From the NCBI GenBank assembly GCA_977018835.1, contig OZ361256.1, positions 5,146,001 to 5,210,000 of the forward strand: a stretch of DNA of 64,000 bases, in the 5' to 3' direction. The notes beneath the pieces were generated by a model. It was not told the origin of the DNA, did not search any database, and saw only the letters and a list, made by a program, of their open reading frames with translations. The translations under genes and the position numbers were made by a program. This stretch comes from Minutocellus sp. GHC0000111. Taxonomy: Eukaryota. Shown in pieces: positions 55,084-64,000 of the stretch. Each line of letters starts with the position of its first letter. Position 1 is the stretch's first letter.

Positions 55084-56881
55084 TCCGCTCAACCTGCCAT
55101 CCTCTCGGCGATTGGTTGAGCGCAGCAGTACTCAGGGACGCCAAGATGATGGCACATCGTCGCGATCACCCGAGCTCGACATGACGGGTCACTCGGCCAG
55201 CAGACATGATGACTACGACAGTCGATCGCCCGAGCTCGACATGACGGGTCACTCGGCCAGCAGGCATGACTACAACAGTGATAGTGATAGCTGCAATGGC
55301 GACGCATCAGATGATACTTGGGGTGTTGGGCTGCGAAATCGCCGTCGATCCTCGACAAGTGTGCAAGCACCCTCTCAACTTCATCGTAGCAAAGAAGAAG
55401 TAGAGGGTGCTGGCACACAATTTCAGGTACGAACAAAGCTGGGCCAGACTGTGCATTGGACGACGCAATACCACTACTCGACAGAGGAATTGGAGCAATA
55501 CCGACATGTTGGCGACGTGGAGATGGACCGATTGTTGGATCTGTGTGCCAGTGAAGGCCTTGAAGGGGCAGGACGATTCGATGATATTGTTCGAGTATCT
55601 GCCGAGGCAGCCGAGACACTGTCCTCACAAGACCAATCGGCATCGGCATCACCGGCCCGGCAAGCATTGGCAGACTTTCATCGTCGGTATTCCTCGCCGC
55701 CAACTTTTGTGGACTGGGACCAACTACAGCGTGGCATTGACATTTTTGTCACATATGCGCTGGCCGCCGGAACATCTCTCTACTATCGATCGCTGGTAGG
55801 TGGCTTCTCAATCCCCAAAATTACTCAAGTTTTATTCGCAACAAAGTACTTGGCTCCGCCGAGTCCTCCAGAAAAGGTCAAGGAGAGATTGATGGACACC
55901 GGTGGTTTTTTGGCTGCATGTTTTGCCCCAGTATCGAGTGCAAATTCATTACCAGCAGCTGCCATACGACCAGGTGGGCAGGGTTGGGAAGCCGCATTGC
56001 GAGTGAGACATTTGCACGCCCGGGTCCGCCGTTCGATACTACAATCCAAAACATTGGACTGGGATACAACTGAATTCGGAATTCCAATCAATCAAGAAGA
56101 TATGGGTGCGACCGTGCTGGCGTTTAGTGTCAATGTGCTTGTTGGAATCGAATTTATTGGCGGCCGGGGTCTGAGTGAAGAAGATCAGAACGATTATCTG
56201 GCCCTTTGGCGATATTTGTCGTGGCTGTTAGGCGTGGAGATCAGTTTCGACGACACAGTGAAGAAGAATCATTTGCCCCCGCTTGATCCCTGTGGTGGAA
56301 GGAAAGCTGGTGAACCGGCAAGAGCAGAATCAGACCCGATAGCGCACTCTTACTCGTTGTTGGAGAGCATTATTTTTCATTTGCTCAATCCTACTGACAT
56401 CTCCAAGAAGGTTGCTTCTCATCTGCTAGACATTGGTCGTAATTCCAAGGAAGAGAGAAGGCGAGGAGTAGTCAAGAAAAGTAGGGCAGACAAGCACGCA
56501 GAGGAAGATGCAGCTCGTCATCGAACATTTGGATTCCAATACAGGGCATTCATGTGCCGACGAAATTTGGGAGAGCCACTGGCCAATGCGTTGGACCTCC
56601 CGTGTCCCCCAAAATTTTCTTTCACATATAGCATTTTGCTTTGTCTGTCATCAATTCATTTGATGCTCATGCGAGTCTACACTTTGGCCACAATGCACAT
56701 CCCATTTCTTCGAACGAGAATCAATAAATGGCATGCTAATGGCATGGCGAAGTTCTTCGGAGTCTGGGAGAGGGAACACAACAAGCGAATGCGGAGAGCG
56801 AATGCAGAGGATAATGATGGAGATGCAAAAGCGAAGAAAGGCTCTTCTTGTCCCTTTGCTCTTATAATGCAGCCCGAATAA
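55061..56881 (+). CDS. MpaB/rubber oxygenase-like (DUF2236) heme oxygenase-domain protein
   Basis: VDWDQLQRG, SLVGGF, RLMDT, LRVRHLHARVR, PINQEDMGAT and YLALWRYLSWLLG. N-terminal 60-bp-period repeat (55163-55269) encodes SRSPELDMTGHSASRHD twice. Confidence 0.85.
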   Translation: MKRFLTFDPLNLPSSRRLVERSSTQGRQDDGTSSRSPELDMTGHSASRHDDYDSRSPELDMTGHSASRHDYNSDSDSCNGDASDDTWGVGLRNRRRSSTSVQAPSQLHRSKEEVEGAGTQFQVRTKLGQTVHWTTQYHYSTEELEQYRHVGDVEMDRLLDLCASEGLEGAGRFDDIVRVSAEAAETLSSQDQSASASPARQALADFHRRYSSPPTFVDWDQLQRGIDIFVTYALAAGTSLYYRSLVGGFSIPKITQVLFATKYLAPPSPPEKVKERLMDTGGFLAACFAPVSSANSLPAAAIRPGGQGWEAALRVRHLHARVRRSILQSKTLDWDTTEFGIPINQEDMGATVLAFSVNVLVGIEFIGGRGLSEEDQNDYLALWRYLSWLLGVEISFDDTVKKNHLPPLDPCGGRKAGEPARAESDPIAHSYSLLESIIFHLLNPTDISKKVASHLLDIGRNSKEERRRGVVKKSRADKHAEEDAARHRTFGFQYRAFMCRRNLGEPLANALDLPCPPKFSFTYSILLCLSSIHLMLMRVYTLATMHIPFLRTRINKWHANGMAKFFGVWEREHNKRMRRANAEDNDGDAKAKKGSSCPFALIMQPE

Positions 56882-56928
56882 ACACGAGAACTCACACACA
56901 AGACAAGCTAGATTATACTAGCTAGCAT

Positions 56929-59608
56929 CTACTTTTTCGATATAAAAAGAGGTCCGGCAACCAAAATAGTGGTAGAGAGAAGTTTGATCACAACGTGTAG
57001 AGAGGGTCCTGCGGTGTCTTTGCTGGGTCGCCGACAGTATCCCCCGTAATACTTGCCTTGTGGGCCTCAGAGTTTTTACCCCCAAAATGACCGAGCTCGA
57101 CGTATTTCTTCGCGTTATCCCAAGCCCCGCCTGCTGTATCGAGGAACAGGGCCATTAGGATACCAGAAACTGTGGCAAACATGAGGTAACTGGCAAGTAC
57201 CTCTGCACCCAGTAGCGGCTTTACTGGAGTAGAGTGTTCGCCCACAATACGAAAAAGGACCCCAACCAGTATCGGCGTGCACACACAAACTAGACCCGGA
57301 AATCGCATCTCTCTCAATGCAGCCTTGGTCACTAGCCCAACGCATCGTTCATAGTCCGGCTTCGACTTGTAAGTCATAATGTCAGGATCATCATGGAATT
57401 GTCGCCGCACCTCCAAAACAACTTCATGAGCCATCCGACCTACCGCAGACATTGATAATCCAGTAAAAAAGAAGATGATCATCGATCCAATGAGCCCCCT
57501 ACAAGGACTTCCGGAGTAGCAATGTCAACAGTTTTGAAAGGAACGCCAGAAAATTCGGAAAATTCGTCAAGGAACGCTCCAAAGAGAAGAAAACAAGCCA
57601 TGGACGCAGATCCGATGCTGTAGCCCTTGGTTATGGCTTTCGTTACATTTCTCGCAGCATCAAGGCGATCGGTAGTATCGCGGACACTTTCCGGCTGCTG
57701 TGACATCTCTGCTATACCACCAGCATTGTCAGCCACTGGTCCATAATTGTTCATTGATAGTATGTACACGGCGTTGCTTAAGATGCCCATTGTCGCAACG
57801 GCCGTACCAAACAAACCTGAATTTCTCCCGTCTTCTGTAATCCCTGTGCTTGCACCAAGATGATATGCCGTCAACACAGACAAGGCAACCGCAATTGTCG
57901 GAATAAATGTAGCCTTCATGCCAACAGAGATGCCCACAATGATATTGGTTCCGTGCCCAGTAGTGCTGGCCTCTGCAATGCTTTGAACCGGACGATACTC
58001 ATAGTCCGTGTAGTACTGCGTGCTGAGGACTATGACATACGCGCAAATCATACCCGTTATTCCACAGAGAAAGAATTTGAACGATGAGCCAGGATGTGAT
58101 GGATCCTCCAACAACCAAGAGGTAATGATATAAAAGCCAACTACCGACAAACCCAATGCAACTCGATAGCCCTTTTGTAGCTGGCTCAATGGATTCGATT
58201 CTGCATGCGTCTGCCCGCCTACAAACGCTATCCCGATGGAAGATACGATGATGTCCATTGCGTGTACAATAAGGGGAAAGAATGTAAACTTGGCCGCAAT
58301 TGCATCAGGCAGGCCTGCTTCCGTCGACAGGGTGCTACCCAAAATCATGGATGCAATAATCTCAGCGCCGACGCTCTCAAAAACATCAGCAGAACTCCCT
58401 ACGCAGTCTCCGACCATATCACCTACTAAGTCGGCGATCGTCGCGGGATTCCTTGGATCATCCTCTGGTATACCTGTCTCAACCTTTCCAATTAGGTCAG
58501 CGCCAACATCGGCGGCCTTGGTGTAGATACCGCCACCTAGTTGCATAAAAAGCGCAACAAACGATGCTCCAAATCCATAACCAACTAGTAGCATGGGTAT
58601 ATCGGATGAGGATAGATCCTTGGTGTTTCCAAATAAAAAGTGAAGTAAGGTGTAGAGTGATGTCACACCAGCGATGCACAAAGTCAGATTTAGGACGGCA
58701 CTAAAGGCACCTCCTCTAAAGCAAATGACGAGGGCTTCGTTGTACGATCTTCTTGCTGCACTAGCAACGCGGATATTGCTCTGCGCAGCAACCCACATCG
58801 ACACGTACCCCGCCACTGCTGAACAGGTAGCACCAAACACAAAGCCCATTGCCGCGACTGCTCCCAAAGTAGCGTTTCCAAGAACAGCAACGCCGGATGG
58901 AGTGTCGCCGATGGGACGAAATTGATAGGAAAACAAAATCAGTAGCGCCAGCGGTGCTGCAAATTTGGCGATGGCCGTGTATTGAACATGAAGAAACCCT
59001 TCGGCTCCTTCTCTAATGGGATCAGAAACGGCTCTCATTTCTGGCGTCCCATCGTCACACTGAAGGACTGCTCGCGCAAGGAAGAGACTGGCAATCACTC
59101 CGAATAGCACAGCTCCATACACCAAGCATAGGATAGCTGCCGTGAGGGGTAGGATCATGAATAGAATCATCGTCGCCACAAGTAACAGTCCACTATATGC
59201 TTTCAGAGATTCGTTTGAAGTTCGAGTATTTTCCAGATAGGCGTGCGATATCCTGGTCATCTTGTTCTTTTCGGCGTCACCAGAAGCCAGGACGAGACCT
59301 CCAGAAGAGGCACTACCCATTGATCCTGCCGTCAATGGGGCCATTTCCATGCCGCTTGATAGTGGGATCTCCATCTTGATTGTGCTGTTGGAATAGCCCC
59401 CGTTGCTAGGATATGGGTATGGGGGAGGGGGCGTGAGCCCAGACTGGTGAGGGGGCGGCGGAGGTGGGGGCAGGGGCGGAGGCGGTAAGTAGGCCCCCCT
59501 GCCAGTCGTTCGCTTGTACTTGCCGGTACTCTCGGTAGGGTCGGGAGTGCCACTTTCGAGGTCCGCCACGTGGCCAACCACGGGTGCTTTGATGTTTGCA
59601 CTGAACAT
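56929..59608 (-). CDS. Membrane H+-translocating pyrophosphatase, K+-independent (type II-like); two 1-nt frameshifts
   Basis: GGGIYTKAADVGADLIGKVE, IPEDDPRN, GPVADNAGG and GGAWDNAKK; Lys in NVTKA. Frame restored by +1 nt at 57495-57499 and at 57019-57021, giving GDPAKDTAGPSLHVVIKL. Confidence 0.92.
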
Positions 59609-60086
59609 TGGGGGATGAGAACAAGCGAAATATTACATGTCATGTATGAAAAACCAAACAAAAGGCATGAGATAAGAAAGATTCGATTCTCATTTTTGTT
59701 TTGGGCACCGCCGGACATCACGGGCATCCGCATCCGCGCAGCGCCCAGAAGTGAAACGCACGATGCAATGGATGCTGTGCATATAAAGAATGGAAAAGGG
59801 ATAAAGTCTTTCGGGTTATGTCTCACCTTTGAAGAGGGGCTCCTCGTCTCATCGGGTCGTTTCACCTTTTTGCCGTATCTTTTTTGTGAGCGTTCGCAGG
59901 CGGCAAAGATCTACGGAGCTGACTCACTCGACTACCGGTACTATGGCGCTAGCTAGCGTACTCTACTCTACCTAGGTACTCCTACGTAGCTTAGTAGATC
60001 TACTACTATACTAGGCCTACTAGCTAGCCAGCTAGTAGTACTACATCTAGAAGTACATGTATTATTGTGTTGGATCCACATTTTTT

Positions 60087-62275
60087 TTATCTATTCCACC
60101 ACAACTCTTGAGCATCCAAATCTCGATCGCCATCAATGTGCTTCATATATATATCTTGCTCCTGCGGCTGTAATTGTAGACAGCCCGACGGCTGGGAGGT
60201 AGCTGGTTCACTCCAACCTCTGCAAACCCACGCTCAACGAACCATTCCATGGTTTGAGTGCTCAGAACAAAGACCTTATTAGCTCCACACTGAAGACACA
60301 AACGTTCGAGGTAGCCCAAGATGGCATCACCTCGTCCCTGCGATCGATAGTCTCGGCTGACGACCAGACAACCAATTTCAGCGAATCCACCTTCAAAGCG
60401 CTTGAGTTGTCCACACGCCACGATGAGATTGTCACGAGTGTAAACATAGTAGGATCGAATGTCACGTTCCATCACATCCCGAGGACGGGGCACCAGCGTT
60501 CCGGCCTTGACGAGAGGATTGATCAAATCATAAATACCTGCCACATCGTTGACGTTCGCGGGACGGATACCCTCGTATAAGTCGCGACTGATTAAGGTGC
60601 CAGAGCCATCGCGGGTGTAGAGTTCCTGCAGGAGCGCTCCATTTGTTGGGGCCAGAATGTGAGCACGCTTGACACCCCGATCGAGCGCCGAGACAGCCCA
60701 TCCAGCCTTGAGGAGCGTTTCAACAGTAGCTGGAGACTGAATCATATCATCACGAGACGGTCTGTCCTCCTCGGTCTCATCGATTCCGGTATCATCTACG
60801 GTTGCAAAGCCCTTGGCATGGATCTTGACACGATAGTGCTGGAGAAGGTTACGTGCGTCGGTGACGCGGAGATTCTGTATGATCTTTCCAGTCTCCTTGT
60901 TTCGGAAAGCTGTGCCTCGGACGGTGAAATACACAATCTTGGATGCACCGAGCGATCCAGCTGCAGTAGCGGCCAGGCTTTCCGAGTTTACGTTAAAGAT
61001 CTCACCAGACGGGCTCACACCAAGGGTAGTTAGGAGGACGATATCGTTGGCTTGGTGGACCTGACGGATCTTCTCCACCTCAATTCGACGAGGAAAGCCA
61101 GTGTACATGTAGTCCACGCCATCGATGACGCCAAAGGGCTGAGCGCTGTAAAAGTTGCCACTCACGACATTGCCACTGAACTCATCCTCGTGCGCACTCT
61201 TGACCACCCGAAGGCTTCGGGCCAGCTGTCGTTCGACCTCGAACCGGACAAAGCCGGCCTCTTCCTTGACGATCCTGAGTGTTTCGGCATCGGTAACGCG
61301 GATCGAGGAGTGACGGATGGGATCGATGTGCTTGTGATCGAGGCGGGCATCAATCTGATGGCGGCAGCCGATGACGATGACGAGCTTCATTCCCAGCAAC
61401 CACGTTAGGGCAATGTCGTCGATCAGATCGTTGATACCGTCCCACTCCAACAAATCGCCGGGGATGTGAAAAACGGCCGTGGTACCGCGATGGTTGGCAA
61501 TGTAATTGGCCGAACCGCGGAACATCTTGACAAAGGCGGGGATCTCCGGCGGGGGTGCCTCCACCTCGGTCGTTGCAGTTGTACTCGTGGTAAGTTCCGT
61601 GTTAGCAGTGCCTGCATCGGAAGGAGCCCCATCGTCTTCGTCATCGGCAATCGTCTCCAATTCTGCCGCAGGCAGTCCATTCAGCACTCCGCCACCCACC
61701 TTATGGGAGGGGACGGTGACAAAGTCAATCGCCGCTGGGTCGATGGCCAAGATCTGTGCCGAAGTTCCGATCGTATCAACATCGTTGGCGTTCAGTGGGG
61801 AGCCGACGCTGTTGATGGCTGCCGTATCATTGAACTGATTGGCGTTACCAGTTGTGGTCGCCGCCGCCGCACCGTTATCGTCAGGTATTCCCTTTGTTAC
61901 TTCCTCATCACCAGAAGCCATAGATGGCTGGTCCTCCATCGACACCTGCAGGCAGGGACCGCGAGACCTCGTCCCCTGATGCGGCGATATCCAAATGCCC
62001 CGTCGATGGTGCTGTTGCTGAAGTTGATGTCGCTGTCGGGCCACCACGGAGTTGGTCGACGCCACCATTCCTCGCCTGGCACCCATCTGAAATGCCGCCG
62101 TGGATCGAACGACCGCAGCTACCGTCACGGCCAACGTCGCCATTGCGTAGATGGGACGACGCCGGCGGCGACGATTGGGGTAGGTGACCGGTGAGACGGC
62201 AACAGCAGAAGCAGCGGAAGCCAAGGTTCTCGTTCCGTAGGATGCGGACAAGGAGATGCTGGTCGTATCTTGCAT
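60087..62275 (-). CDS. argA: N-acetylglutamate synthase (ArgA-type, AAK + GNAT), plastid-targeted
   Basis: AAK domain (YIANHRG, FGVIDGVDY, QELYTRDGSGT) plus GNAT domain (IRPANVND, AEIGCLVV, RSQGRGD, LSTQTMEWF, RRSK). AAF presequence; alternative start at 62143. An extra AT at 60145-60154 hides the C-terminus ...KIYMKHIDGDRDLDAQELWWNR*. Confidence 0.92.
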
Positions 62276-62622
62276 GTGATGTGTTTCTTTCTCACTCGCT
62301 GGAGGTGAGGGGAAGTGCCGAGCTTCTATGCGCAAAGCCAACCTCTTGTAGAGCTTAGCGTACCTAGTAGGTATGTGCTGATCTGCCGATGCCTCGTGCA
62401 ATGCAGACACGCGGCGGAGCAAACTGCCGTTCCGTTTGATACCGCAGAAATTCAGTGCTCTTTTGGACGGCAGGAAAGTAAAACCCGAAATCAATATTGG
62501 AGTTTTCTCACCATAACCCATTCTGACTCTCGGCCGCTCGCGTCGCATCGTGCCTCGTGTCTCCTACGAGTAATTGCCCATGGCGTTGTGTATCTGCCTG
62601 TCACTTCAGTAGTAGTAAATAA

Positions 62623-63585
62623 ATGGCACCCCTCCACCTCTTCATCGTGAACAAGTCGGGCGGTCTGATTCATCACCGACCGCTCGGACCGCGGGCCCCC
62701 CAAATCGGAACCAACGAGTGGTTGCGAATAGGGTCGACCTTCCACAGCTTGCACGCCATCGCTGCCGAGGCAAGTCCTGTGCGGCTACCGGGCAATAAAA
62801 ATCCCTGTAAGTAGGATTTTGAATAAGTTATGCCTTGTTTGGATGCGATTCGATAATGTGGGTATACAGCTGGAGGAGGGTGCGCGTGGTGCTATGCGCG
62901 CCTGGTCGATGCGGCATCGCATGCGCGATGAAGCCACGAACCTTCCCCCGACCAGAACTACGTACCAATAAATTGTAATTTCGGCTGCGTTCTGCCATGG
63001 AAAAACTATCCGGCCTCTCAACGAGCGGCCCATGGATGCATTCTCCGCCATACGTTTTTAAGCCAAGACCGATCTAGCCGAGCAACTATAGGAATCGCCC
63101 CAAGTTTAGGCCTTTGAACTTGCCTGGGGGCGTGTCGAACGCTCGTGACACCTCGTGCATGTTGAAGTCATGTATTCATGTGCGGCATATTCAATTTAAC
63201 TACTGTATTCATGTACCATCATACCTCACATCTCTCATCTCATTCATGTTCTCCATTTTCTACAACTGCTCATAAAAATTGACGTTCAGACGGAGCGGAT
63301 GACGGCATAGAAGTCATTGAAGCCGGCGGGCTCGTCCTGTGCTGCCTGCAAACCCGAACGGGGGTGAAATTTGTCATCACGGCCGAACCGGGCACTCCGG
63401 AACTTGACCTGATGCTGCGGGAAATCTATGTTTTGTATTCCGACTGCGCTCTGAAGGATCCATTTTACGAGCTTGAGATGCCAATCCGTACCGATTTGTT
63501 CACCAGTGCCGTGGATTCCTTGCTGGAGCGCTTCGAAAGTCGGAGCACCAAGAGCAGTGCGGATCGGCCGATTGTACGGTTCTAG
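62623..63585 (+). CDS. TRAPPC4: TRAPP complex subunit 4 (Trs23/synbindin); join(62623..62806,63290..63585)
   Basis: IVNKSGGLI, TNEWLRIGSTFHSLHAIA, QTRTGVKF and YSDCALKDPFYELEMPIR. The GT-AG intron keeps the frame. Confidence 0.95.
62982..63153 (+). ncRNA. H/ACA box snoRNA, snR34/U65-like, intronic copy 1
   Basis: Two hairpins with internal pockets. ACA at 63148-63150 lies 15 nt after the 3' upper stem. Pocket strands complement LSU rRNA UGGC-U-U-GUGGCAG and UCGGC-U-C-UUCCUAU. Confidence 0.8.
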
Positions 63586-63658
63586 CTCGGGATGAGTGTC
63601 AGGTGAGCATCCAATAAGCATTTTATCTATGGAGTTGTTTGAACAAAACCAATAATCA

Positions 63659-63830
63659 CGGCTGCGTTCTGCCATGGAGAAACTATCCGGCCTCTCAACG
63701 AGCGGCCCATGGATGCATTCTCCTCCATACGTTTTTATGCCAAGACCGATCTAGCCGAGCAACTATAGGAATCGCCCCAAGTTTAGGCCTTTGAACTTGC
63801 CTGGGGGCGTGTCGAACGCTCGTGACACTT
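63659..63830 (+). ncRNA. H/ACA box snoRNA, snR34/U65-like, copy 2 (putative 3'-UTR intron 63603-63954)
   Basis: Near-identical to copy 1, 677 bp downstream. ACA at 63825-63827. Flanked by donor cag|gtgagc and by a pyrimidine tract and TAG. Confidence 0.78.
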
Positions 63831-64000
63831 CAATATCGTGAAATATGCATGCGTGGCTTTCTCTTTTCTTTATTTTCTTTCTCATGCCTCACACAAATAA
63901 ATCCTTTACTCCTCTACACATGCGCCCGGCCGGTACCTCCTTCCCGCCCATTAGGGAGTAGGGTTCCTGCCCTTCGTGTTACGTTAAGTTGTACATACAT

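Noticed and set aside
62982..63830. 170-bp direct repeats read as LTRs of a TRIM/retrozyme, or as a ribozyme or riboswitch
   Set aside because: They flank an ordinary TRAPPC4 exon, lack TG..CA ends, a TSD and a hammerhead core, and fit an H/ACA guide with rRNA complementarity much better.

Overview
Gene-dense eukaryotic nuclear DNA, most likely from a diatom or related ochrophyte: short GT-AG introns, several bipartite plastid presequences, and a periplastid-type ubiquitin. About 27 protein genes can be supported, including PRP17/CDC40, CDC123, TRAPPC4, NDUFB2, NDUFAF6, an ABC1 kinase, an H+-PPase, two ArgA/NAGS paralogues and a bestrophin. There is one mariner-type transposon with TIRs and several non-autonomous DNA elements/MITEs. 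Highlights: (1) an intronless gene (4368-6632) carrying, in order, the catalytic motifs of class II toxin-type nucleotidyl cyclases (anthrax EF, CyaA, ExoY); (2) a plastid-targeted protein with two RbcX-like modules, in a lineage with red-type Rubisco; (3) two copies of an H/ACA snoRNA hosted by TRAPPC4, whose pockets match the snR34/U65 LSU rRNA targets; (4) an HMG-box-like region fused to a DD38D mariner transposase; (5) intergenic patches of TA-NNNN-TA palindromes matching the excision footprints expected from elements in this window; (6) an AAK-only NAGS paralogue. Five frameshifts at short homopolymer or dinucleotide runs suggest consensus-sequence errors. All family assignments are by eye from remembered motifs; no searches were run.
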